Part shown: in pieces, positions 27,247-37,384 of the stretch
How the letters are laid out: every line of letters begins with the position of its first letter
Numbering within the stretch: position 1 is the stretch's first letter
Assembly (NCBI GenBank): GCA_015520605.1
Contig: WAPT01000025.1
Span: 1-39,104 of the forward strand
Source of the DNA: Nanobdellati archaeon
GTDB lineage: Archaea; EX4484-52; WAPT01
Direction: 5' to 3'
DNA length: 39,104 nucleotides
Translations under genes and position numbers: made by a program
The notes under the pieces: generated by a model
The model's input: only the letters and a program-made list of their open reading frames with translations
Databases searched by the model: none
What the model was told of the DNA's origin: nothing

Positions 27247-28092
27247 TCAATCGCTATTTTTTTCTTCCCTCACGAACCCGACAGAAGCATAACCCACTAT
27301 CATATCCTTATTGCGCGATACATCGTAAGATGTCGAGTAATGGAGCAGCTTGCCGTTCACATTCATACCTTTCATGGTATTGATAAGCGTCGCTATAGCT
27401 CCGCTCCCACAGATGGTGGTTGTCCTCGCTATATTCAAAAATTCATCGTCATCGAGTCTCAGAATGGCGTCGACAGCTTTAAGATCGGTTTTTCTCACCC
27501 ACTCAACGGGGTCTCCGTTTGTTGGCACAAAACCATAACCCTCCCCAAAGTGCGTGAAATCGGAGCTCGCTATTATGAGAGCGTTGAGATCCTTGGTACA
27601 GGTTTTAATCGCATTACCTATTTCAGTATAGAATGCTGGGTTGCTGTTGCTCATGATTGTTATGGGGACAAAACGAAAATCCTTGAGTCTGTACTGAAGG
27701 AAGGGCAGTTGCACTTCGATGCTGTGTTCGTAAAGATGAGCGAGCTCATCCGCCTTTATGTGAGGACACACATCCATAAGAGCGTCAGCAAGCTCAAGGT
27801 CAACTTCAACAACGCCGAGCGGAGTTTCCCATAGCTCTCTGGAAATAGCAGCTTTCTCTCCGAGTCCCGTGTGATTTGTTCCCAGTATTATCACAACATC
27901 ATAGCTATCGGAAATATTCTTGTAAAAATGAGCAGCCGTCAGTCCAGAGTACATATAACCCGCATGAGGAACAACACCTCCAATAATGTGTCCGATGTCC
28001 ATTTTTTCAGATTTTTTGAAAAGATCTTCAAGCATGCTGAGAAGTTCGTCTCTCCTCCACGGGTAAAAGCCCTGCGCCACAGGATATCGCAT
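27247..28092 (-). CDS. MEMO1 family protein (AmmeMemoRadiSam protein B)
   Basis: FYP, PHAGYMYSG, GTNHTG, EHSIEVQLPFLQ, ASSDFTH, TICG and VGYAS. Confidence 0.95.
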   Translation of the reverse strand: MRYPVAQGFYPWRRDELLSMLEDLFKKSEKMDIGHIIGGVVPHAGYMYSGLTAAHFYKNISDSYDVVIILGTNHTGLGEKAAISRELWETPLGVVEVDLELADALMDVCPHIKADELAHLYEHSIEVQLPFLQYRLKDFRFVPITIMSNSNPAFYTEIGNAIKTCTKDLNALIIASSDFTHFGEGYGFVPTNGDPVEWVRKTDLKAVDAILRLDDDEFLNIARTTTICGSGAIATLINTMKGMNVNGKLLHYSTSYDVSRNKDMIVGYASVGFVREEKNSD

Positions 28093-28148
28093 ACTCTAAA
28101 TTTTAAGCAAGGTATATATAAATATTTCCAGGGGATGTTATTGCTCCT

Positions 28149-29285
28149 ATGCGAGGATGTTCACGCCTCTCCAGCAAAAACTGAACCGTAAGAAGATTAG
28201 TCCTCCTCACGCTTGTTTCATCCCTCTCCGTTTTTGCAGGCTCACTCTTAGTCCCGATTAAATCAAGGTTCACCTATTCTCTCTGTGGTGACACCAGAAT
28301 CGTGGGGCTTATATTTTCTGTAGGTATCATCATTTCCTTCCTCTTTTCCCTACTGATCGGCAGAAAAAGTTTAAAGTGGGGCAAAAAAGAGCAACACTCC
28401 TCGGTATGCTTGTGGGAATTGTCTATCTTGATAAACGCGATCTTTCAGAGACACGGTTAAATCGGCAAAAAACATTGCCGAGTTCTTTGGCTATGGGTTT
28501 TCCGCATGGAGCATACATAGTTAGCAGTGCCGGCTCATTCCTTGAAGGTTATCTTAGTGATACTTACGGGTTGAGAGCACCTTACTTTCTGCTCCCGCTG
28601 GTCTACGCACTAATGATGGCTATTATGATTTACACTCTCAAGAACTACAGAGAGTGGAAGGTGGCTGATGGGAGAAAACACAGCATCACATCCTCACTCA
28701 GAAACATCATGTTCAACTCCTTTCTATTTTTAAGATTCTTTACGGAGGGAATAACATAGTCACACTGGGCTATGGAACCGATAGTATTTCCCTTTGCTAT
28801 CTATGCCATCACATCCAGCAACACAGCAACAGGTATCGTGTTCTCTCTCATGGGGTTGATAGCCATGTTTGCCCTCCCGCTCACAGGAAAGTTCGTTGAC
28901 AGGTACTCAGCCATTGTGGGACTTAAGGTAATTTCTCCTTTATGTTCTCGCACTTATCACCCTATCCTTTGCGCACAGCCTGCCTCTTTCCGTTGTGGGC
29001 GCACTCCTCCTGTCGATTGGAAAAACCTTCAACGGACCGTCGGTGGCTAGGATAGAAACACTCCACATCCGCGACGAGGTCAGAGCGGAATACTTTGGAT
29101 ACTTTCAAGCATACGACACGATAACAGGAGCGTGCGCAGCGTTCATTACCGGCGTCCTGCTCAGGTATCTATCCCCCTGGCAAGTGCTGTTTGGTTACGG
29201 GATTTTAACGCTTTCGGGCTTTATTGTTGGGTATGTCCTCTTCCTGAAGAAGCTCGGGAGATGGAAGGGTGACAAAGTCTGCTGA
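28149..29285 (+). pseudogene. Disrupted MFS transporter
   Basis: MFS-like segments spread across frames (GRKSLKWGKK/R, GYLSDTYG, GKFVDRY, RAEYFG). In-frame TGA at 28182, frameshift at the A-run near 28383, in-frame TAG at 28757, another frameshift near 28935. Confidence 0.8.
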
Positions 29286-29323
29286 AAACTATATAATGTC
29301 ACATGCTGATAGAATCCGGGGGG

Positions 29324-29914
29324 TTATCTTCCCCCACCAAGCCCAAGCCTGAGAATGTGAAGCACTTCATCTTTATCAACAGCCGTGTCAACACAACCTG
29401 CTTTTAAGAGTGGAACCGCTTGGATAGGTATGCCAATAAGACTAAGTTTTTCCGCAGCTTCCACAAGCTCCGGAACGCACGCAACACCCACCGCTGCGAG
29501 TATGTTGTGGGACTCAACACCTCTTTTTATTATTCTTATGACCATACTTCCCCCCGGTACAATATAAACGTGTCTGTAGCCCAGACTCTCAGCACCCTCT
29601 ATGATTTCCTTGATGACACACGCACCGCACCTCTTACAAACATAACCGGCATCGCTCCTAAGCTCTGCTCTACAAGTTTTTGAATTTCTGAGGCATGCTG
29701 GCAGAAAAAGAGCTCTTTTTTTCACAGGCACCTTGGAAAATCTCTCCCGGTAGGCACGGTTTTTTACAGCTATGTAGATCATATCAAGGGCGTCATCATC
29801 CTCCACAATACCTCTCAGAACTTTCTTAACCGCCATCCTTGTGCTTAAGTCAGCGCCAGCAGCTATAAGCCTCGATACTATCCCCTCTATGTCCATAGCG
29901 AAGCTCACCGTCAC
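29324..29914 (-). CDS. DUF116 family Cys-rich protein
   Basis: LFLPACLR, CKRCGAC, YIVPGGS, GVACxxEL and PLxxxGCxDT. Confidence 0.88.
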   Translation of the reverse strand: MTVSFAMDIEGIVSRLIAAGADLSTRMAVKKVLRGIVEDDDALDMIYIAVKNRAYRERFSKVPVKKRALFLPACLRNSKTCRAELRSDAGYVCKRCGACVIKEIIEGAESLGYRHVYIVPGGSMVIRIIKRGVESHNILAAVGVACVPELVEAAEKLSLIGIPIQAVPLLKAGCVDTAVDKDEVLHILRLGLGGGR

Positions 29915-29948
29915 GAGACGCTCGGAAGATCCACACCCCTCTTAGACA

Positions 29949-30437
29949 TTACAGAGCTACATTTTTAAGCAGCTCCACTACACCATATCCCGTGAGAAGC
30001 GTTATCATTCCTGCCATCATGATTCCCAGCGATATTATGATACTGCTCTTTTTGAAGTTCATTCCCAGAAAGGATGCTATCAGCAACCCTGTGTAGCCTC
30101 CAGTCCCGGCCATTGGTACGGCAACGAACAGCAACAGCGCAACCTCTTTATATTTTTCCAGCTTTTTTCTGTTTCCAACGAGTTTCTTTTCAACATACCT
30201 GTGGGAGAGAGCGTGTGCTATCCTGCCCACAAATGAGCGCTCGATCAGATAGTAAGTGGTGACAACACATGCTATGTTGATGGCCGTAGCAAGCGAATAC
30301 GCAAGTAAAGGGTTCTCACCGTGAGCAAGAGCATAGATTATTGCACCTCGGTTCTCGCTTACCGGCAGGGCAGCAAGAAGAGCAACCGTGATCCAGAAGT
30401 TGTTTGAAAGAGCAGGGAGGATATTTTCCATAAACAT
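29949..30437 (-). CDS. COG2426 / small multi-drug export family membrane protein
   Basis: LPVSENRGAI and LFVAVPMAGTGGYTG. Confidence 0.85.
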   Translation of the reverse strand: MFMENILPALSNNFWITVALLAALPVSENRGAIIYALAHGENPLLAYSLATAINIACVVTTYYLIERSFVGRIAHALSHRYVEKKLVGNRKKLEKYKEVALLLFVAVPMAGTGGYTGLLIASFLGMNFKKSSIIISLGIMMAGMITLLTGYGVVELLKNVAL

Positions 30438-30463
30438 AACTAAGGAATGAAGCCCAAAATTAT

Positions 30464-30988
30464 TTAATGTGTCGGTCCACCCAGCTCGGTAAGGTCTTTC
30501 AGCTGAAAGACTCTACCTCCTTTTAGTTTCCACTCCTCGAAAAGAAAGGACGCAAAAACTTTCTCACCCTTAAGAACAGGTGGCAACCAGTAAATATCAT
30601 CCTCCCACATTATATCAAAAGGGATCTCGTTTATTTTCACCCATACTGGCCTCGCTTCTTCCGTCTCCACCGGCGTGCCCTCCCAATCTTTTGCCAGGAA
30701 AACATGAACATATATGACTTCTCTTGATCCATCAGCTTTCTCATTGATGAATTCAAGCAGAGCCATCCATTCGGGGTTTAAGGGCTTAACACAAACTTCC
30801 TCCTCACACTCCCTTATGGCAGCACCCAGGATATTCTCGCTGGACTCAACCTTTCCACCCACTCCGTTATAAAGACCGGCACCGAGCCCGCGTTTTTTCA
30901 CTATGAGTAGCACTTCCTCATCTCTCACAAGGTAAAGCAGAGTCTGGATCTCGGCCTTCATAACCTTATTCCCGTTCAGAACAACCAC
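30464..30988 (-). CDS. NUDIX hydrolase, MTH1/8-oxo-dGTPase-like
   Basis: KKRGLGAGLYNGVGGKVE...AIRECEEE, ETEEARP.W and MWEDD.YWLP. Confidence 0.9.
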   Translation of the reverse strand: MVVLNGNKVMKAEIQTLLYLVRDEEVLLIVKKRGLGAGLYNGVGGKVESSENILGAAIRECEEEVCVKPLNPEWMALLEFINEKADGSREVIYVHVFLAKDWEGTPVETEEARPVWVKINEIPFDIMWEDDIYWLPPVLKGEKVFASFLFEEWKLKGGRVFQLKDLTELGGPTH

Positions 30989-31081
30989 CCGGGTGCCATG
31001 TCCTTAATGTTCCAGCTTTTTGAAGATGTTAGAAATGGGTGCGGTCGCAAAAGTTAATAAACATTTTCATCGTTCTTACTG

Positions 31082-31729
31082 CTACTGCGTCTGCGGTGGC
31101 ATCATGAAGTCATCCACGCTATACTTGAACTCCGCATCCCCTTTGATTACACCCTTTGCTTTCAGGTATTCCCTTGCGAGTATCCAGTAGATGAGCGCAA
31201 GAGCCCTCCTCCCCTTATTGTTGCAGGGTACGACGAGGTCTATGTTCGCTGGGTAATTAAAGCTGTCGCAAAGCGCCACAACTGGTATGTTGCTCCTCAC
31301 CGCTTCATCAAGAGCCTGTCTATCAGCCATTATGTCGGTGATAAAAACAACTTTTGGTTCGAGATATACTTCCTGGTAGGGATTGGTAAGCGTGCCCGGT
31401 AAAAACCTACCATAAATTGCCCTCGCTCCTGTCGCTTTGGCAAACTTGACCACAGGCTTGTGAGAGTTGGGCTTCCTTCCAACAACGAGAATGTCAGCGG
31501 GATCATAATTTGCGAGGAACTTTGCGGCCACCCTAAGCCTTTCGTCTATCTTCTGCACATCGAAGACACATATCCTGTTGGGTCGTATCTTGTAGATGAA
31601 TTTCGTCATGTATTTTACTCTGAATCTCATGCCTATGTGAACGCCTGCAGCAAGATAGGTGTTGAGAGGTACAAGCAATTCTTCCTGTGCCTGCTGTTCC
31701 TCAACATTCTGAGCAGTTTTCTCACTCAT
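31082..31729 (-). CDS. rps2: 30S ribosomal protein S2
   Basis: YLAAGVHIG, GRFLPGTLTNP and PCNNKG. Confidence 0.97.
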   Translation of the reverse strand: MSEKTAQNVEEQQAQEELLVPLNTYLAAGVHIGMRFRVKYMTKFIYKIRPNRICVFDVQKIDERLRVAAKFLANYDPADILVVGRKPNSHKPVVKFAKATGARAIYGRFLPGTLTNPYQEVYLEPKVVFITDIMADRQALDEAVRSNIPVVALCDSFNYPANIDLVVPCNNKGRRALALIYWILAREYLKAKGVIKGDAEFKYSVDDFMMPPQTQ

Positions 31730-31804
31730 TCAATATCACCTTATGAGCCTTAAACATCGTTAAGATTATTATATACCTTTTTAAAACTTTCCTCACGAAT
31801 GCGC

Positions 31805-32014
31805 TTAGAGGAGCCACCCGAGCGTTTTTCTCTCTCCTCTATTGATTATAGTTATGGGTAACACGCCTTTCTCGAACTCCATTCTTGCAATCTTTATCGG
31901 ATCAATCTCTCCCGTTTTTATCAAAGGAAGTGCACCCATTGAGAGCTGTAGGGCCCTTGCAGCAATTATCCTTGCCCGTTCATACCTGTTATAGCTCTCC
32001 ACCATTTGTATCAC
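31805..32014 (-). CDS. rpoK: RNA polymerase subunit K (Rpo6)
   Basis: [19 protein letters not shown]...A..E...GVLPITI.R. Confidence 0.95.
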   Translation of the reverse strand: MIQMVESYNRYERARIIAARALQLSMGALPLIKTGEIDPIKIARMEFEKGVLPITIINRGERKTLGWLL

Positions 32015-32183
32015 CTCTCATGTTGGGGGAAATTGATACAGGTGTTGTGAGTAAGTATGAGATATGATACCGGCAAAGGTCTGAAGATAGTAAGGAAGCA
32101 AAATAATCCAACGGAATATAATTCCTCTGAGGGATCCGAACGGATCGTAACTTTATTATTAGTTTTCATTTTTACCGTCCTTC

Positions 32184-33038
32184 TCACCCTATGTACTGCA
32201 GATCCTTCTCTTCACTCTTTTTCTCACCCCTTCTGGTCTGTTGCTGCATTAAGCTTGAGAGGAGTTGCTCCTGCAGATTCTCTATCTTCTTTATTATTTT
32301 ATCAAGCTCTTTGACCCTTTCCTCTATCTTGGAGAAGTCAAGTCCGAGGTTCAGATATCCGTCGAGCACCTTGAGCACAGCCTCGGTCGCCTTTGGATCT
32401 GAGACGAGCATACCCGAAGTCTCGCCCATGAGACACACTCCACTCATCTTCCTGTGCTTTGCAACCGCGAGCACAAGACCAGCGGCACCGATTATCTGTC
32501 CTATAGCTGTGTCCTTAAATTTCACTCCGAGCTTCTCGAATGGAGCCATATCTTCCTCGTGTACGGTAGCACCATAAACCTTTGGATCATTCTCAACAAG
32601 CTCACCCGTACCGAATCCACCGAGGGTTATGATTTCTTTAACACCCAGAGACTCGATAACATCAACTATCTTCTCAGCTATGAGGTAGTGTCCTTTGGGA
32701 TCCATACTTTGCGCATCCCCAATCAAAATAATGAGATCCCTTTGCCCCTTTTTCTTTGCCTTCCAGAAAAAGAACTCGAGCTTGAGTTCTCTTATCATAC
32801 CCCTCTTGTTTGGATCAACAAGAACCACATGTGGAAAATGGTAAGAGTACATTTCCGCGAACTTCTCGGCACCAAGCTCATCAACGAGGTAACCCGCGGC
32901 GTTTCGACCCACATAACCTACGCCCGGCAGACCTTGGATAAAAACGGGATTTTTGAGCTTCGGTTTTTTGATCCACCTTATAAATGTGCCGCCTTCCTTA
33001 AAGCTTCCTTCGTACACGTCCTTAACATTTTCCGCCAT
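32184..33038 (-). CDS. Proteasome assembly chaperone (PAC2) family protein
   Basis: GLPGVGYVG, GDAQ, TLGG, CLMGET, DP.A and terminal YIG. Canonical position after nop10. Confidence 0.92.
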   Translation of the reverse strand: MAENVKDVYEGSFKEGGTFIRWIKKPKLKNPVFIQGLPGVGYVGRNAAGYLVDELGAEKFAEMYSYHFPHVVLVDPNKRGMIRELKLEFFFWKAKKKGQRDLIILIGDAQSMDPKGHYLIAEKIVDVIESLGVKEIITLGGFGTGELVENDPKVYGATVHEEDMAPFEKLGVKFKDTAIGQIIGAAGLVLAVAKHRKMSGVCLMGETSGMLVSDPKATEAVLKVLDGYLNLGLDFSKIEERVKELDKIIKKIENLQEQLLSSLMQQQTRRGEKKSEEKDLQYIG

Positions 33039-33044
33039 TTCACA

Positions 33045-33221
33045 TCACATCCGTGGTTGATTCACCCCCCTGCTGAGCTTGGCCAACCTCCTCCACTTGC
33101 CGTACCTATCTTCAGGTGAAAACCTCGGTGGGAGGGGCCTTACCGCCTCGCTTCCACACCTTGGACACTTTTCTTTAAGCGTGTATTCATTACATTTTAA
33201 ACATTTATAAATGTGCGGCAT
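33045..33221 (-). CDS. nop10: H/ACA RNP protein Nop10
   Basis: CxxCxxYTLKxxCPxCG...PPRFSPEDRYGKWR. Probable start is ATG 33221. Confidence 0.95.
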   Translation of the reverse strand: MPHIYKCLKCNEYTLKEKCPRCGSEAVRPLPPRFSPEDRYGKWRRLAKLSRGVNQPRM

Positions 33222-33274
33222 CGATATCACGGGATGGTGTCTGGTTGACCGACTCTGATGACTTTTAATTAGCA

Positions 33275-34069
33275 TCAATAACTTTCTATTTCTCCGACAA
33301 CCTTGCAGTAACCATCATGCCCGGACAGGTTTCTATTCACCCTTTCCACAAATTCTTCGAGCACAGCCTCACAGGCCTTGTAATCCCTCCCCTTCACACG
33401 GAAGTAATAATGCGGAGATGATATGTACTTTATTTCCATCCCTTCCTTAATGTTGTTCAGAATGGCTTCTTTCACCCACTTTATACCGCGTCCATCTCTG
33501 CTCAGGATCTCGAGTTTTCTCCTGATCAAAACTTCCCTCTCTTTTATGTATTCTTTTGCAAACTCTTCTATCTTCTCTGCCCACTCGGTCGGGATGCCCT
33601 CCTTTATCAGCGCATCTTTTCCTTCCTCTTTCGCTATTTCAAAAGCGGTGTACATCAGATCAAACTTCCGTTGAAGTGGAAAACCAATCTCCTCATAAAT
33701 TTTGTTTTCGTCCTTTCCGAGATCCTTCGCTATCATTTTGAGCCATTTTTCCGCCCTCACTTCATTATTAAACTCCTTCTGCTTCTCTCTACGGGCTGCT
33801 GAGCTCACTCTTTTTATTGAGAGATTTATGAGCTTTCTCTCCTTGTCCACCTCAAGGATCTTTGCAACCCACCTCTCTCCCTCTCTCACAAAATCCCTTA
33901 TGTTCTTTACCCACTTGGGAGAGATTTCGGAGATGTGAATCATACCTTTTCTACCGGGATACTCCTCAAGCTCCACTATGGCGCTATTTGGCCTTATCTC
34001 GACTATCCTGACGATTACAAGCTCACCCCTCTCGGGCCATTCCTCGTATCTTCTGATATCTATCACCAC
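33275..34069 (-). CDS. eif2a: Translation initiation factor 2 alpha subunit
   Basis: WPERGELV, S1 domain LEEY...IHISE...WVKNIRDFV, LSIKRV and SPHY. Confidence 0.95.
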   Translation of the reverse strand: MVIDIRRYEEWPERGELVIVRIVEIRPNSAIVELEEYPGRKGMIHISEISPKWVKNIRDFVREGERWVAKILEVDKERKLINLSIKRVSSAARREKQKEFNNEVRAEKWLKMIAKDLGKDENKIYEEIGFPLQRKFDLMYTAFEIAKEEGKDALIKEGIPTEWAEKIEEFAKEYIKEREVLIRRKLEILSRDGRGIKWVKEAILNNIKEGMEIKYISSPHYYFRVKGRDYKACEAVLEEFVERVNRNLSGHDGYCKVVGEIESY

Positions 34070-34085
34070 CAGAAGAAGTTTTGAA

Positions 34086-34667
34086 TCATGATTTCGTGGG
34101 AGTTGCCGCTTCGGCCGATGCAGTGGCTGGCTTGTCTATTGGTCCGCTCCACGGTTCGACAACTACCTTTGTTGTGCATGGTAGCTTGTATCCCGCTCTC
34201 TTCATCGCTATCTTGGCCTTTTCGAGGAACTCCTCTATTGTCCATACCGTCATTATCTTCTGCCCCCTATCTATCTGAGCTGCTCTGCCGACCGGTTTAC
34301 CGAAGGGCCTCCTCATTCCTTGGTAGTATCTGTCCGCCTGCGCAACAGCAGCCTGAGCATGCTCCCTCAAAACGTGGTGGGGGTAAATTCTTATCTTCAG
34401 GAAGTAGTTTTTATCACCGATGTTCTTTCTCATGTAACTGTTCGCCATGACTCTTGCAGCTTCCAGAGCATTATGCCTTATCTGGATCTTGTCCTCCGAA
34501 ACAAGGTGAACCACTACCGTATAGTTGTTTTCTTTTGTTCCCATCTCAAATATCCTGAGTTTTATACCCGGAACACCCTTTATGTACGCCTTTTTGGGAA
34601 CCCTTATCGCAACTCTAGTGTAGGGCCTTTTCCATTCCCTGTAACATCGAGCAGGTCTCAAACCCAT
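34086..34667 (-). CDS. rpl10e: 50S ribosomal protein uL16 (L10e)
   Basis: RPARCYR, QIRHNALEAAR, YPHHVLRE, ADR...GMR.PFGKP.G.AA and KLP. Confidence 0.97.
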   Translation of the reverse strand: MGLRPARCYREWKRPYTRVAIRVPKKAYIKGVPGIKLRIFEMGTKENNYTVVVHLVSEDKIQIRHNALEAARVMANSYMRKNIGDKNYFLKIRIYPHHVLREHAQAAVAQADRYYQGMRRPFGKPVGRAAQIDRGQKIMTVWTIEEFLEKAKIAMKRAGYKLPCTTKVVVEPWSGPIDKPATASAEAATPTKS

Positions 34668-34872
34668 ACTTCACCACCACAGGAGGATGAGCGCCTGACC
34701 ACAAGCACCCGTACAAAAAGCTAAGATGTGATCTTTGTCGGCTTCATACTCTTTGGATGGGATAATTTTTAAAATTTAATCCCTCCCGTCTAATATACCT
34801 AAAATATATGTTTGCAGGCTTTAACCAACCCAGCTGACCAAAACCGTGCTACTAAAATGAAGATTAAAAAAC

Positions 34873-35700
34873 ATGACGGTGCACATAATGTATCCTGATA
34901 ACATCATCAAAATCGGTAGGGTGGAGGGATACATTCTTGATTCTCTTAAGAGGGACGGAGCACTGCATTTCACGCTTCTCGACCCGGAGTACGACGATAC
35001 GGAATTCGTTAGAAGGGTGGTGGAGGCAGCGGATAACGCGGGCACAGATGCCTTCATGGTCGGCGGTTCTCTCGGAGTTGGGTCAATGTCGGCCGAGAAG
35101 GTTGTTAAAGTGATAAAGGAAACAACATCCAAGCCGCTCATAATCTTTCCGGGAAATGTGGATAACGTGACAAGACATGCAGATGCGATATTGTTTATGA
35201 GTCTGCTCAACTCCAGAAACACGTATTGGATCAGCGGCGCTCAGGCTCTGGGGGCACCGATAGTAATGAAGTTAGGAATCGAGCCCATACCTATGGCTTA
35301 CATCATCATTGAACCAGGCGGGACGGTCTCGTTCATAGGAGATGCGAAGCCCATCCCGCGTAAAAAACCGGACATAGCTGCCGCATACGCTCTTGCCGGT
35401 CAGTATCTTGGAATGAGATTGGTGTATCTTGAATCCGGATCCGGAGCTGAAGAGCCAGTGCCGACGAAACTTGTTCAGAGGGTTAGAAGCGTTATATCCG
35501 TGCCCATCATCGTTGGCGGAGGTATCAGGAAGCCAAAACAGGCTGCAAAGCTGATAAGGGCGGGGGCGGACATAGTAGTCACAGGAACCCTCGTAGAGAA
35601 GTCAAAGGAGCCAAAAGAAGTTCTTAAAAAGGTGATAAAAGCCATAAAATCTACCGGTAAAAGAAGGACGAAAAGAAGGGAAGAAAAAAGAAACGAATAG
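34873..35700 (+). CDS. Geranylgeranylglyceryl phosphate synthase (group II)
   Basis: HFTLLDP, MVGGS, IFPG, FMSLLNS, YLESGSGA, VGGGIR and GAD.VVTGT. Confidence 0.93.
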   Translation: MTVHIMYPDNIIKIGRVEGYILDSLKRDGALHFTLLDPEYDDTEFVRRVVEAADNAGTDAFMVGGSLGVGSMSAEKVVKVIKETTSKPLIIFPGNVDNVTRHADAILFMSLLNSRNTYWISGAQALGAPIVMKLGIEPIPMAYIIIEPGGTVSFIGDAKPIPRKKPDIAAAYALAGQYLGMRLVYLESGSGAEEPVPTKLVQRVRSVISVPIIVGGGIRKPKQAAKLIRAGADIVVTGTLVEKSKEPKEVLKKVIKAIKSTGKRRTKRREEKRNE

Positions 35701-35722
35701 GTCTTGAATAGGTCTTTTGCAT

Positions 35723-37384
35723 TCATGCTAAATTCTCGATAGTTCTCAGTACTTTTGCCACTTTTGCGGGTGTAATGCTTAATATGAGTGTCGTAGCTCT
35801 CGGGCCTCTTTCCTTTCCAAGCAGACAGAGGTAGAACGCCCTGAAGAATTTTTGGGGGGTCAGGTTGTGATTTTTTATGACTTCGGTAAACAGTTCTTTA
35901 AGATCGCTGTCTGTAATGTCGCCCTTTTTCTCTGCCACATTCTCAAGTTTCTCCGCAAGCTCGAGCATCGCCTCAAGCTCTCTGTCTTCAAGTATATGCT
36001 TTATACCCTCGTTAACCATTTCTTTCACTTCTATTCTGTACTCCTGTGGAGCGTGCTTCCTTGCCCATGTACCGGCTTGTTTTACCCTTTTCATTATCAA
36101 ATCGTGTTTTTCCTCATCATAATGTCCGGTTCTTTTGAGAGCGTTGACTATATCCTCATCGGTGGTGAAAATCTGCGCCACCATCGCGGCGTGCGCATAG
36201 CTTACGGGAACAACGGGAAGAATGTTACGAACCATGGACATCTCGTAAAGCCTTTTCAGGTGCTTCTCCTCCTTTTCGTTGTCCGCCTTTTCCATCCCAT
36301 GGTAAATTCTGGCAACGGTATCAAACTCGTCATAGAGGTTTGGCAGCATCTTCCAGGAGAAGCTTCTCATCTTCATCAGCTTCTTACAGTAGAGATACCT
36401 TAACACTTCTGGTCTTGCAACCTCTAGCCAGTCCCTTGGATATATCACGTTGCCGAGTGAGGCGGACATCTTCTGACCATCTATCATTATGTGCTCGTAA
36501 AAGATTGGTACCGGCGAGGGGTGACCAAGTACCCTCTCCACAAGCTCCGCATTCACCCAGAAAGCGCTCGTGGGCACCTGATATTCTTTGCCAGCTCCTT
36601 CAGCAACCACCCTCCATCTTGCCCACTGCGCAGCCCACTCGCTCTTCCACATAAGCTTGCCATTTCCACTTAACGGGTCTGCATAGCCCTCATATCCGCA
36701 TCCCTTTGCCACGTGTTTCTCAAACTGATAGTCTTGGCAGATGTAATGAACCTTACCATCCTCGATACCTATAACACGGGGGGTTATTATCTTCCCGCAG
36801 TTTTCACATATCGGCACCCAGGGACTCCAACCTGCTGGCAAAGGCGTGGTGCGGTACTTGTTCATTATCTCCTTGGCAAGTTCAATGCTTTCAAGGAACT
36901 TCTTTATGTATGGATTGAAACTGCCCTTTTTGTATTCCTCCCTCATGGAATACTTGGGCATCTCAACTCCGACAAACTCCTCGAGAACCCGAAAGTACTC
37001 ATCCTTGTGGTGATCGGCATAGCTATCGTGACAACCCCACGGATCCGGGACATCGCTCACGGGCATACCTATGTACTCCTCGTATTCCTTCGGAACGCCG
37101 GCGGGAATCTTACGCAAGGGATCCATATCTTCAGCAACCCAGATCAGTCTGGCATCATAACCCGCATCCCTTAAAGCCCTCACCACAGCCTCTCCTCTTA
37201 TGGTATCGCTCAGCCTTCCGATGTGCAGTACGCCAGATATTGATGCTGAGGTCTTAACGATCAGCGGCTCTTTTAGTTCCACCTCTCTATCGATGTACCG
37301 AAACTTAGTCCTCGTAATTATCTCCCTCGCTATGGAGTCCGCCCAGAATACGGCATCATCAGCTTTCTTTTCCTTCAGACCCAT
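35723..37384 (-). CDS. lysS: Lysine--tRNA ligase, class I
   Basis: FWAD, SGVLHIG (HIGH), DPLRKIP, CENCG, GKLMWK, KMSASLGN and GPR. Probable start is ATG 37384. Confidence 0.96.
   Translation of the reverse strand: MGLKEKKADDAVFWADSIAREIITRTKFRYIDREVELKEPLIVKTSASISGVLHIGRLSDTIRGEAVVRALRDAGYDARLIWVAEDMDPLRKIPAGVPKEYEEYIGMPVSDVPDPWGCHDSYADHHKDEYFRVLEEFVGVEMPKYSMREEYKKGSFNPYIKKFLESIELAKEIMNKYRTTPLPAGWSPWVPICENCGKIITPRVIGIEDGKVHYICQDYQFEKHVAKGCGYEGYADPLSGNGKLMWKSEWAAQWARWRVVAEGAGKEYQVPTSAFWVNAELVERVLGHPSPVPIFYEHIMIDGQKMSASLGNVIYPRDWLEVARPEVLRYLYCKKLMKMRSFSWKMLPNLYDEFDTVARIYHGMEKADNEKEEKHLKRLYEMSMVRNILPVVPVSYAHAAMVAQIFTTDEDIVNALKRTGHYDEEKHDLIMKRVKQAGTWARKHAPQEYRIEVKEMVNEGIKHILEDRELEAMLELAEKLENVAEKKGDITDSDLKELFTEVIKNHNLTPQKFFRAFYLCLLGKERGPRATTLILSITPAKVAKVLRTIENLA

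Noticed and set aside
28757-28759. In-frame TAG as pyrrolysine or stop-codon recoding
   Set aside because: The same gene also has frameshifts and a TGA, and TAG ends intact genes here (e.g. rps2, GGGP synthase).
32015-32183. tRNA or sRNA upstream of rpoK, or the 85-aa ORF at 32057
   Set aside because: No cloverleaf or T-loop consensus and only weak box-like words. The ORF overlaps the PAC2 gene antisense.
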